Shown: positions 18,051 to 29,360 of the stretch, piece by piece | Numbering within the stretch: the first letter of the stretch is position 1 | Layout: every line of letters begins with the position of its first letter | Origin: Deltaproteobacteria bacterium | GTDB lineage: Bacteria > SAR324 > NAC60-12 | Reading direction: 5' to 3' | NCBI GenBank assembly: GCA_002683785.1 | Contig: NYUB01000029.1 | Coordinates: forward strand, 1-57,354 | DNA: 57,354 nt | Translations under genes and position numbers: made by a program | The notes under the pieces: model-generated | The model's input: only the letters and a program-made list of their open reading frames with translations | What the model was told of the DNA's origin: nothing | Database searches by the model: none

Positions 18051-18578
18051 ATGAAATACTTTCAAACCTGTCTGCCATTTCTGGTGGCATCAATAATGTT
18101 GTTTGGCAACACCCTCAGAGCAGAATTTTTCTCCATCAGTGCCGGAGTCCCTTTAAGTCATGACATTGCAGATGAAAATATAAGCTCTGATGGAGTAAGT
18201 GGATATTTTTTCCATGTAAAATTTCCCATCTTGGTTGGAGTCGGCCTGGAAAGCTATGAGACGAAGATTAAGGACTCGACAACAAAAATTGGTACCACGA
18301 TGTACGACATTTTCTACTTGCTCCCCATTCCGATCATCAACCTGACCGTCGGACTTGGAGCTGGAGAGACGGAACTTCTCTGCACCACTTGCTCATCCAA
18401 TTATGACAAAGGAACAGCTACCCAATTTTACACAAGTCTTGGTATTCCTTTTCTGGGAATCATGGATGCACACTTGAGCTACCGCTCTGTCAACTCGACA
18501 ATTAAGGCAAAATCAGGATCAGATGAATATAAAACCGGTGGTAATGTGATCGGCGCTGGAATCAGTATTGGATTTTGA
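18051..18578 (+). CDS. small outer-membrane beta-barrel protein (paralog 1)
   Basis: Signal peptide MKYFQTCLPFLVASIMLFGNTLRA. Alternating hydrophobic pattern. C-terminal GAGISIGF ends in Phe (BAM-type signal). Confidence 0.6.
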   Translation: MKYFQTCLPFLVASIMLFGNTLRAEFFSISAGVPLSHDIADENISSDGVSGYFFHVKFPILVGVGLESYETKIKDSTTKIGTTMYDIFYLLPIPIINLTVGLGAGETELLCTTCSSNYDKGTATQFYTSLGIPFLGIMDAHLSYRSVNSTIKAKSGSDEYKTGGNVIGAGISIGF

Positions 18579-18589
18579 AGAAACAAACC

Positions 18590-19240
18590 ATGTCTCGAAA
18601 TAACATATTCTGCAGATCGTTCCTAGGGTTGTTTGCAGGCCTGATTTTCTTAATCGGTCATACAGAAACACTAAAAGCGCAGTTTTTCGGTGTCAGCCTT
18701 GACACTGCTATAGGATATAGTGCTGCCAAGAAGGGGGTCATTGGAGGCTCAGTGGGAATCACACATCCCATTCCGCTTGTTCCGAATTTAGGCTTCTCCA
18801 CCCTTACTTTTGAAGAATTAGAAGAACAACAAAGTACGGATGCAAGCACACAGATTTCCATGGCCACAAAAAACAAGCTTTCCACCATCAATGTCTTCTA
18901 CAACGTTCCTTTTCCAGTGGTCTCGATGTCGCTAGGCTTTGGCTATGGAACGTTCAAATCCCAAACAACTCTGACTTATTTGAAAAACAATGTTCATCAG
19001 GGAACCTCTCCGGATGCGATCAAGGAGCAATCCATTCCTGTTGCAGAGGGCTACATCCATGTGGGTCTTCCGTTCTGGAACATTATAGAATTTCATATAG
19101 GCTATCATTACTTTTCAGCAGCAGCGGTTCAAAGAGACAAGGGCAGAAGTCTTGACATCAGCGGTATCTCTGGGATCGATTTCAAAAAAGTCAATTACAG
19201 CGGAGGGATGAGCACGATTGGGATTCAGCTTGCATTCTAA
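18590..19240 (+). CDS. small outer-membrane beta-barrel protein (paralog 2)
   Basis: Signal peptide ending TLKAQ. C-terminal STIGIQLAF. The architecture matches the preceding ORF, and the stop/start spacing is tight. Confidence 0.6.
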   Translation: MSRNNIFCRSFLGLFAGLIFLIGHTETLKAQFFGVSLDTAIGYSAAKKGVIGGSVGITHPIPLVPNLGFSTLTFEELEEQQSTDASTQISMATKNKLSTINVFYNVPFPVVSMSLGFGYGTFKSQTTLTYLKNNVHQGTSPDAIKEQSIPVAEGYIHVGLPFWNIIEFHIGYHYFSAAAVQRDKGRSLDISGISGIDFKKVNYSGGMSTIGIQLAF

Positions 19241-19956
19241 TGCTTCCTAATCCGTTTCCGGATTACATCTCCTTTTGCCTCCTCTCGGTTCATTCCACTT
19301 TAAACCAGAATCTACATCCGGCTGAAGAAAACTATCTCAGTCTGGTGAGTTCCCCTTCCAGGAAGCAGCATTATCGTTCAGGAAGGATCTGTGCGAAAGA
19401 AGCACTTTCTCGACTTGGAATAAAAGATCAACCGGTTTTGCGTGATTCAGATACTCGAGAACCAATATGGCCTGAGAATATTTCTGGTGCAATCACTCAC
19501 AGTGGAAATTGGGTCGCCGCAGCCACAGGAAGAACTACAACAGTTTCTGGAATTGGTCTCGATCTGGAAGACATGGAACGAAACATCAACCCTGGCATTT
19601 CAAAACATGTCTGCATTCGTGAGGAAAATGAATGGCTTGAAGAGCTTGATGATTTGTATGTGGATCAGGCACTAAAACTTATTTTTTCTGCCAAGGAATC
19701 GATTTTTAAAGCTTTTTTCCCTTCAACTAGGATTTTTCTTCATTTTCATGATGCAAGAATTTTCTTGGAGGATTCAATCTTTCAATCCTCCAAACCTGAA
19801 TCTTTTCCAAATGAAAAACAAAAATCCCAGAGTCGGGTGATTGAATTCGAATACCTGATCCTGAACAGAGAAGTCATTCGGCAAACAGGAAAAAGTCGAG
19901 GTAAAGGAAAGGCTCAATTCTTTGAAAGTTATGTCCTTACGTCTGTTTATTATTAA
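19240..19956 (+). CDS. 4'-phosphopantetheinyl transferase (EntD/Sfp type)
   Basis: Motifs GAITHSGNWVAAA, GIGLDLE and FSAKESIFKAF. The start overlaps the upstream stop (TAATG). Confidence 0.75.
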   Translation: MLPNPFPDYISFCLLSVHSTLNQNLHPAEENYLSLVSSPSRKQHYRSGRICAKEALSRLGIKDQPVLRDSDTREPIWPENISGAITHSGNWVAAATGRTTTVSGIGLDLEDMERNINPGISKHVCIREENEWLEELDDLYVDQALKLIFSAKESIFKAFFPSTRIFLHFHDARIFLEDSIFQSSKPESFPNEKQKSQSRVIEFEYLILNREVIRQTGKSRGKGKAQFFESYVLTSVYY

Positions 19957-19984
19957 AACCATGAAATTTAAATACTTAGCCAAG

Positions 19985-20170
19985 TTATCGAAAGCTGATG
20001 ATTCATTATCGACAGAGATTCAACAGGCTTGTTGATTTCTCATTGGGTTTTTCGGATGATTTTGATAGCGTACTCATTTAGATCTTACATTCAAACAAAA
20101 CAGACATTAGAATATTGATAAAATTATCATTTATATCAATATCCTGTCTTGGTTTTCGAAAATATCGACA
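19985..20170. promoter_or_regulatory. AT-rich dnaN upstream region with three TATCGA(C/A)A motifs and a 9-bp inverted repeat (oriC-like or dnaN control region)
   Basis: TTATCGAAA 19985-19993, TTATCGACA 20006-20014 and ATATCGACA 20162-20170 have 1-2 mismatches to the DnaA box TTATCCACA. Inverted repeat ATATTGATA/TATCAATAT at 20112-20120 / 20134-20142. Confidence 0.3.
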
Positions 20171-20199
20171 ATCCTTATACTAATACGTTAATAAAATAA

Positions 20200-21327
20200 A
20201 TGAATATTCTGATTAAAACAGAAATACTTATCAGTGCACTTCAGAATGTCATTTCTGTGATTGATAAAAGTTTTACCAAGCCTATTCTCTCAAATTTTAT
20301 GATTCAAACTTTGGAAAACGAGGGTGAGCAAGGAATGGTTGAATTTTCAGCAACCGACTATGAACTGTCGATCATCGAGCGCATTCCAGCTCAGATAAAG
20401 ACTTCAGGAAGTATCTGCATCAATGCTAAAAGGGTATTTGATATAACCCGTGAGTTTAGGGCTGAAGAGATCCACATACGTTCGACGGAACAGCTCTGGG
20501 TTCAAATTACATGTGGTGCTTCTGAACTGCGTCTTCCATCTGTGGAAGTAGGTCTTTATCCTCAACCAAAAATTGAAGAACTCAACCAGCAATTAAAAAT
20601 TTCTGCACTGGATCTTGCTCAGTGTATTGATCTGACTCTCTTTGCGTCACAAACCAATGAATCGAGACGAAACCTGATGGGGGTCGCTCTCAGCATGACA
20701 GAAGATCAGAGAACCCGCTGGCAGGCCACGGATGGACATCGGTTGGCGCAGGTAATTCAACCTGTCGAGGAGATGAATTTTGGAGAAGTGACTGAAATCA
20801 TTCTGCCTCGTAAAGCCCTGATGGAAATCAGGAAAGTCTGTGATTTGATGGGAGAGATGGTGGATATCACATTCGATGAACGTGTTGCCCAGTTTTCTGG
20901 AAACCGAATTCATTTCAAAACACGCCTGATTGAAGGAAAATTTCCAAATTGCGATCCCATCATTCCCAAAGATAATGATCTCAGAGCAACGATTCATCGT
21001 GAAAATTTAATTCATTCACTTAGGATTGTTTCTGCCATCAGCACCGAGAAACTGAGACCCGTGAAACTGAATTTAGAGGCAAACCAGCTAAAACTAGAAA
21101 GTGAAAAAACTGAATTTGGTGAAGCAAGTGATGAATTTACGGTCAATTATGATGGAAAACCCTTTGAAATTGGATTCAACACACGTTATCTCCTAGATGT
21201 TTTGAATGTCATGAAGTCTGAAGAAATTCTGATGGAATTCAAAAACTCTATGAGTCCATCGGTGATTCGAGAACCTAACAATGATATATTCCTATCGGTG
21301 CTCATGCCATTGCGCACTGAATGGTAA
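20200..21327 (+). CDS. dnaN: DNA polymerase III beta sliding clamp
   Basis: 375 aa with three-domain clamp-like length and sequence (ATDGHRLA, MPLR near the C-terminus). Followed by recF and gyrB. Confidence 0.92.
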   Translation: MNILIKTEILISALQNVISVIDKSFTKPILSNFMIQTLENEGEQGMVEFSATDYELSIIERIPAQIKTSGSICINAKRVFDITREFRAEEIHIRSTEQLWVQITCGASELRLPSVEVGLYPQPKIEELNQQLKISALDLAQCIDLTLFASQTNESRRNLMGVALSMTEDQRTRWQATDGHRLAQVIQPVEEMNFGEVTEIILPRKALMEIRKVCDLMGEMVDITFDERVAQFSGNRIHFKTRLIEGKFPNCDPIIPKDNDLRATIHRENLIHSLRIVSAISTEKLRPVKLNLEANQLKLESEKTEFGEASDEFTVNYDGKPFEIGFNTRYLLDVLNVMKSEEILMEFKNSMSPSVIREPNNDIFLSVLMPLRTEW

Positions 21328-22388
21328 TCCAATCTCTGGATTTAAGACATTTCCGTAATTACACCCACCTCAAAGCTGACTTCTCTCCAGGTATAAACTG
21401 GATTTACGGAAAAAACGGCCAGGGAAAAACCAACCTGGTCGAAGCCATCTATTACATTTGTAACCTTGAATCTTTCCGAACCCGAAAAAATGTCCACCTT
21501 CTCCAAAGTGGACATCCTCAAGCCCTTATTCAGGCTGAACTAAAACGCATCGATGTACTGCACCTGATCCGTATTCAGGTCACCTCACGGGGGAGGCAGG
21601 TTTTTCTCGATCATTCGGTTTATAATAAAGTTTCAGACTATATCCTCTCCTTTCTTGCTCTGACCTTTACTCCTGAAGAAGTAGTCCTTTTTCGTGGAAG
21701 TCCCCAGGAACGCCGAAGGTTCTTCAATCGAATCCAAGCCATTCTCGAACCTTCTTATTTCAGGACTCTCCAGGATTATGCGCAGGCATTGTCTCAAAAA
21801 AATGCCGTTTTGAAACTTCAGCAAAAAGAAAAACTTCCTTTGTGGAACCAAATGCTGGCTCGGCATGCAGGGATCATGATGCAAAAACGCAAATCGTTCA
21901 CTGAATCCCTCAATCTCCATTTGGCTGAACTGTTCCATGCATTATGTGGAAGAAAGGAACGTCTTGAATTGCTTTATCAACCATCACTTGTGGGCCAGGA
22001 AGAGACTGAACATGCGATTCAAGAAACCCTGGAGATGGCAACCGAAAAAGAACTTCGGGTGGGACATTCTCTATTGGGTCCTCACAGAGATGATTTTCAG
22101 TTGATGATGGACCAGAAACCAGACCGGGAATTTTTCTCGCAAGGTGAGTTCAGAATTACAAATTTGGCTTTAAAAATGACGCTGAATCAGTTAATGTTTC
22201 AGATGTTTAAGATTCACCCGGTATTGATTTTTGATGATCTTTTTTCAGAGCTGGATCAGACAATGAATAGTCGCATCATGGATTATTTCAGCCAGCTTGA
22301 TAATCAGGTTTTCATTACGTCTACGATCCCTCCGGAACGAGTTAAACCCGGCAATACACTGCAGATTTCACAAGGAAAGGCGATCTGA
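21321..22388 (+). CDS. recF: DNA replication and repair protein RecF
   Basis: Walker A GKNGQGKTN, and LGPHRDDF and DDLFSELD motifs. Overlaps the dnaN stop by 7 nt. Confidence 0.9.
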   Translation: MVIQSLDLRHFRNYTHLKADFSPGINWIYGKNGQGKTNLVEAIYYICNLESFRTRKNVHLLQSGHPQALIQAELKRIDVLHLIRIQVTSRGRQVFLDHSVYNKVSDYILSFLALTFTPEEVVLFRGSPQERRRFFNRIQAILEPSYFRTLQDYAQALSQKNAVLKLQQKEKLPLWNQMLARHAGIMMQKRKSFTESLNLHLAELFHALCGRKERLELLYQPSLVGQEETEHAIQETLEMATEKELRVGHSLLGPHRDDFQLMMDQKPDREFFSQGEFRITNLALKMTLNQLMFQMFKIHPVLIFDDLFSELDQTMNSRIMDYFSQLDNQVFITSTIPPERVKPGNTLQISQGKAI

Positions 22389-22442
22389 CCATTAGGAAAG
22401 ATTGCTAAATGCTCACCCCTTTCGGCATTAGCCTGGGGCTAA

Positions 22443-24878
<2,436 letters not shown>

Positions 24879-24887
24879 GCAAACCTC

Positions 24888-26237
24888 ATGGCCCACGCCA
24901 CAGTGGCCCTGGTTGGGCGACCGAATGTGGGCAAATCCACGCTTTTCAATCGTCTTGTCGGACGCCGTTCGGCAATTGTCGAATCCTTTCCTGGAGTGAC
25001 CCGGGATCGTCATATCGGTCACAGCAAATACAAAGGATATTCCTTCATCGTCATCGATACCGGTGGTTTTGAACCGGATGCGGACACTTCACTGCTACAG
25101 CAGATGCGTCTGCAGGCTCAAATGGCTGTTGAGGAGGCTGATCTCACGGTCTTGGTGGTCGATGCTCGTGAAGGCTGGATTCCTGCGGATCTTGATATCT
25201 TCCAGTCCCTCTCTCGTTCGGGCAAACCCATCCTGGTGGCTGCAAACAAAACCGATGTGCCTCATCTCGACCATCAAAGCGTTGATTTCTACCGTTTTGG
25301 GATCGAACAGGTTTTTCCCATTTCCGCAGAACATGATCGTGGAATCGGCGAATTGCTCGAGGTTGCCAGTCAACTGGTAACACTTCAGGAGGAAAAACCG
25401 AAACAAGAAGATGAGCAATTAATCAAAGTTGCGGTGGTCGGCAAACCCAATGCAGGGAAATCATCACTGGTGAATGCTCTGCTTTGGGAGCAGAGAATGA
25501 TCGTTGATTCAATCCCGGGAACGACCCGTGATCCTGTCGACAGCCTCTGTTTTTTCCAGGATAAGAGGTTTCTTCTGGTCGACACGGCAGGAATCCGACG
25601 TAAAGGACGGGTCAGTCAGAAAGTGGAAACCTACAGTGTTGTCGCAGCACTCAAAGCCATCGAACGTGCAGATGTGGCCCTTCTCGTGATGGATTCAACT
25701 GAACTGGTCAGTGAACAGGTGATGCGTATTGCCGGTTATGTCATGGACCGTGCTCGTGCTCTGGTCATCGTGCTCAGTAAATGGGATCTGGTGGACACCC
25801 GCCAACTCAACATAAAAAAAGCTGAGCAACTGGTTTTTGATAAACTGAATTTCATCGATTTTGCTCCGCTGGTTCCGGTAAGTGCCATGAAGGGGGATCG
25901 GGTTGATCGTCTTTTTGGTTTAATTCAAAAAGTTCATGGGCAATATACTCGGCGCATCAAGACTTCCGATTTAAATTCGGTGATGCAACTCATCGTCGAA
26001 CGCCATCCACCTCCTGCCAAATCTGGGCGTCCAACAAAAATCTATTATTCGAATCAGATCAGCGTTGCGCCTCCATCCTTTGTTTTCATGACGAATCACC
26101 CGGAGAAAACCAACTTTTCCTATGAGCGATATGTGACCAATCAGCTTCGGCATTATTTTGGTTTTGAGGGAACTCCACTGCAATTGATCTGGCGGAAAAA
26201 ATCAGCCAGTCGGGAGCGTGGTTCAAAACGTTCATGA
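24888..26237 (+). CDS. der: ribosome-associated GTPase Der (EngA)
   Basis: Two tandem G domains (GRPNVGKST and GKPNAGKSS) plus a KH-like C-terminus. Confidence 0.92.
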   Translation: MAHATVALVGRPNVGKSTLFNRLVGRRSAIVESFPGVTRDRHIGHSKYKGYSFIVIDTGGFEPDADTSLLQQMRLQAQMAVEEADLTVLVVDAREGWIPADLDIFQSLSRSGKPILVAANKTDVPHLDHQSVDFYRFGIEQVFPISAEHDRGIGELLEVASQLVTLQEEKPKQEDEQLIKVAVVGKPNAGKSSLVNALLWEQRMIVDSIPGTTRDPVDSLCFFQDKRFLLVDTAGIRRKGRVSQKVETYSVVAALKAIERADVALLVMDSTELVSEQVMRIAGYVMDRARALVIVLSKWDLVDTRQLNIKKAEQLVFDKLNFIDFAPLVPVSAMKGDRVDRLFGLIQKVHGQYTRRIKTSDLNSVMQLIVERHPPPAKSGRPTKIYYSNQISVAPPSFVFMTNHPEKTNFSYERYVTNQLRHYFGFEGTPLQLIWRKKSASRERGSKRS

Positions 26238-26301
26238 ACATTCTGAAAAATTCAGTCTGAATCAAATTCATTGATGGACGTTCTGCAGAATTGGGAGCAG
26301 A

Positions 26302-27495
26302 ATGACAATGATTCAGGGTTTCAAAATGGCTTTTTTTCTCTGGCATGGTCTGGACCTTCAGGGGTCCAGGATTTCAGGAGCGTTCCAGTTTCCAAACCGA
26401 ATTGAGGCACGCAGGAAACTGCTGAGTCGGGGAATTTTCCACATCCATCTGCATAAAATTCCACATTACCAACTCAAATCACCTGTTCCGCTTAAGGAAC
26501 TGGTGACCATTCTACTCCAGTTGGAACGTCTCCAAAAAAGTGGCTTTCCCCTGAATCAATCACTCCAGTTGATCATTTCTGAGACCAAAAACCACCGACT
26601 GGCCTATGCCGTTTGTAAAATACGCCAGGATTTAGAGAAGGGTCTTTCCTTAAGCCAAGCCTGGCTGGCTCAGCCCGGACTTCCGGAAATGGTGGGTCTG
26701 CTGATTGGAGTTTTTGAAAGCTCAGGCAGGATAACGGAAGGCTTGAGGCATTTGCTCAAATTCTTTGAGGGGGAACTGCAGCTGAGGAATGAGCAAATCA
26801 AGCTGATCTATTATCCAATCGTCATCGGAATGCTATTTCTACTGCTCGGGTCCGGGCTGCTGATTTTCGTGATTCCCATGTATAAAAGCCTCTACCATCG
26901 ATTAGGGCCTGAGCTTTTTTGGCTGACCCGTCTACTGGTGAAGCTGAGTGATTCAGTTTTGAACAAACCCTTGCTCTGGTCTACCAGTCTACTGTTAACA
27001 GGAGCAGCAATCGTTCTTCTCTTCAGAAATTTTGGTTGGGAAAAGATCAGATCCTGGATTCCTGGTTTTGGCGGGTTGGACTCCCTTTCCCGGATGCTGC
27101 TTTATTCCCGTTCCATGGAATTGCAGCTGAAATCTGGGGTTCTCTTGAATGATGCACTATTTCAGGCAGAGAAACTTTTTTCCGGAAGCCAGCAGAACAA
27201 ACTGAAACGGGTCCGAAAAGAAATTGCTTCCGGTGTTTCCATTTCGGAAGCATTCAACAACTGTTCAGGTTTTCCGGATTCAGCCTTGAAGCATCTGAGT
27301 TTGGTTCAAAGTGTAGAGGATTTGAGGATTGGATTTGAGAGGAACGTCAAATTTTTCGAGGAGTCCTTGGCTCACAACATGTCAAAGTTGAATGCGATGC
27401 TCGAACCCTTGTTGATGATCTTTTTAGCTATATTGGTTCTGGCGTTTTTGCTCGCCCTTTATATGCCCCTGTTCCAATTGGGAGAATGGGTGTGA
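26302..27495 (+). CDS. GspF/PilC-family inner-membrane platform protein (type II secretion / type IV pilus)
   Basis: 397 aa. Two repeated T2SSF-like halves, each followed by TM segments. GGGAG lies 4 nt upstream of the ATG. Confidence 0.75.
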   Translation: MTMIQGFKMAFFLWHGLDLQGSRISGAFQFPNRIEARRKLLSRGIFHIHLHKIPHYQLKSPVPLKELVTILLQLERLQKSGFPLNQSLQLIISETKNHRLAYAVCKIRQDLEKGLSLSQAWLAQPGLPEMVGLLIGVFESSGRITEGLRHLLKFFEGELQLRNEQIKLIYYPIVIGMLFLLLGSGLLIFVIPMYKSLYHRLGPELFWLTRLLVKLSDSVLNKPLLWSTSLLLTGAAIVLLFRNFGWEKIRSWIPGFGGLDSLSRMLLYSRSMELQLKSGVLLNDALFQAEKLFSGSQQNKLKRVRKEIASGVSISEAFNNCSGFPDSALKHLSLVQSVEDLRIGFERNVKFFEESLAHNMSKLNAMLEPLLMIFLAILVLAFLLALYMPLFQLGEWV

Positions 27496-28136
27496 AATGA
27501 GAGAGACTCTTCAGTTCCGTCAAAGTGCTGGGCCAATTCCATCCAAGGCGGTGCAGCGAGATGATGAACCTGGTATTCAGGTTGATGCTCCAAACCGACT
27601 TCCAGAAGACGCAGGATCAGTTTCGCGGTCATTCCCCAGATGTCATATTGCTTAAAAAAAAAATGATGAGAAATCACCGGAAATTTACGATGATTCAATT
27701 CCTCCGACCAGTGGTGTTCGGATTTCATGAAAAAATTGAGGGGTACTTCGAAAACGGACTCGGTTTCCAGAGAATTCGGGTTTGGTATGAAATCCTCAGG
27801 AATCAACCCGACAAAGGGTGTGACCAGGTAGAAATGCAAAGAAATGATCTGGTCCAGGCAGCCGATGATTTTCACGTCCTTGGATTCAAGACCAATTTCC
27901 TCACGGGTTTCACGCAGTGCTGTATCAAGTGAAGATCTGTCCCTCTCGTCTTCTTTTCCACCGGGGAAGGAAACCTGACCGGAATGGGATCGAAGCTGGT
28001 CCGAACGTCGGGTCAACATCAATCTTGCTTCACCTTCACGTTCCAGCAATGGAATCAAAACCGAAGCACGACGTACCTGAAATTCATTCACAACTGGTTT
28101 GAAGGAACTTAAACGTGATTCAATCTTTGACAGCAT
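27459..28136 (-). CDS. NUDIX hydrolase, CoA pyrophosphatase-like
   Basis: Nudix box GGKEDERDRSSLDTALRETREEIGL. ATG at 28136. The 3' end overlaps the convergent gspF-like gene by 37 nt. Confidence 0.8.
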   Translation of the reverse strand: MLSKIESRLSSFKPVVNEFQVRRASVLIPLLEREGEARLMLTRRSDQLRSHSGQVSFPGGKEDERDRSSLDTALRETREEIGLESKDVKIIGCLDQIISLHFYLVTPFVGLIPEDFIPNPNSLETESVFEVPLNFFMKSEHHWSEELNHRKFPVISHHFFFKQYDIWGMTAKLILRLLEVGLEHQPEYQVHHLAAPPWMELAQHFDGTEESLSFHTHSPNWNRGI

Positions 28137-28146
28137 CACAAGCGGA

Positions 28147-28581
28147 TCAAGTTTTGGCAGAAAGATCGGGGCCGATTTTCCAGTAGTTTTTGACGGACTT
28201 CAGTACCGTTTGCCCGGCCTGATGACAAGTTCTTGCATAAGGCGTTGTAAAGCTCAGAATCTTCTGTTGCGCATTGCCCATCACGTCCCGTTCCAGCGAA
28301 CTGTCCAGCACATAGCATTGGGAGCGGATCTCTTCCAATTCTGTATGATATTGGAGTGCTTGGTCCAACATTTCAACGCAGGAAAATGCGGGAAGCTGGA
28401 AATGACCGTTGGCTTCCAAAATCGAACTGATGGCATTGATCGAGGCCTGTACGCTGAGCAGGCAACTGATCTGAGGCTCTGTTTTAAGTTTGGTTTTTGC
28501 CTGGACAAGGTCCTCCTGGCTTTGTTCCCAGGAGACCTTCCCACGACTGATGCTTCGTTCAGAAATCTGGATCTTCTGCAA
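28147..28581 (-). CDS. hypothetical helical protein, weakly HEPN-like
   Basis: 144-aa ORF between pyrE and the NUDIX gene on the same strand. Apparent TTG start with GAGG 6 nt upstream. The helical pattern with SVQASINAISSILEANG is only loosely HEPN-like. Confidence 0.45.
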   Translation of the reverse strand: MQKIQISERSISRGKVSWEQSQEDLVQAKTKLKTEPQISCLLSVQASINAISSILEANGHFQLPAFSCVEMLDQALQYHTELEEIRSQCYVLDSSLERDVMGNAQQKILSFTTPYARTCHQAGQTVLKSVKNYWKIGPDLSAKT

Positions 28582-28593
28582 GAATTGCCTCGG

Positions 28594-29274
28594 TTAAAGG
28601 TGGCTGTAATCACTGTAAATCTTGAGATACGTTTCGATCTCCTCCACGGCTGATTGGGATACGATTGGAGACTTCCTAGAGGTGGATTCTCTAAGATATT
28701 CCAGAATATCAGCAATGGTCACGATCGCATGCACTGGAATCCCGGTTTTTTCTGAAAATGCCTGACTGGCTTGAATGCCATCATCATTTTTTTCCATGCG
28801 GTCAAAGGCCACAAAGACAGCTTGGATTTGGAGCATGAATAATTCTTTCAGGCTTTGAATGGCTTCGATTTTGGTCTGACCGTCAGTAATCACATCGTCT
28901 ACGAGTGCTATCACATCTGTTTCCAAAGGAATTTTTCCAACCAGCAGACCCTTGTCTCCGTGTCCCTTTTTCTCTTTGCGATTAAAAAAATATCCGATAT
29001 CCTTTTCTTGGCAGCGGGACATTGCAATCGCGGTGCTGAGACAAAGGGGAATACCTTTGTAAGCAGGGCCGAAAACACTCGTACACAGAGGCAGATGGTA
29101 CTGTATCGATTCGGCATAATACTGTCCCAGTTGATCCACGGAATTCCCCGAATTGAAAGAAGAACTATTGAAGAAATAAGGCGAGATTCTTCCGCTTTTC
29201 AGTTCAAATCGGCCAAACTTTAGGGCCTTTTCCTTAATCAGAAATACTGCAAAATCCTTTTGATACTTCTTCAT
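28594..29274 (-). CDS. pyrE: orotate phosphoribosyltransferase
   Basis: FGRFELKSGRISPYFFN and PRPP-binding VIALVDDVITDGQTK. ATG at 29274 (the track ORF extends 26 codons further upstream). Confidence 0.85.
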   Translation of the reverse strand: MKKYQKDFAVFLIKEKALKFGRFELKSGRISPYFFNSSSFNSGNSVDQLGQYYAESIQYHLPLCTSVFGPAYKGIPLCLSTAIAMSRCQEKDIGYFFNRKEKKGHGDKGLLVGKIPLETDVIALVDDVITDGQTKIEAIQSLKELFMLQIQAVFVAFDRMEKNDDGIQASQAFSEKTGIPVHAIVTIADILEYLRESTSRKSPIVSQSAVEEIETYLKIYSDYSHL

Positions 29275-29360
29275 ATCTGTACTGGAATGTTTGAAAAAAG
29301 GTATTATAGCAACAGAGGCATTCGAAAAACAGGCTTCTAGAGACAGGACCAAAAAAGGAA

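Noticed and set aside
28099-28715. Alternative ORFs 28099-28653 (+) and 28281-28715 (-) over the HEPN-like gene region.
   Set aside because: Their translations are Cys/Arg/Phe-rich and overlap pyrE or the NUDIX gene. The 28147-28581 minus-strand frame fits exactly between the two flanking genes on the same strand. The coding strand remains unproven (see findings).
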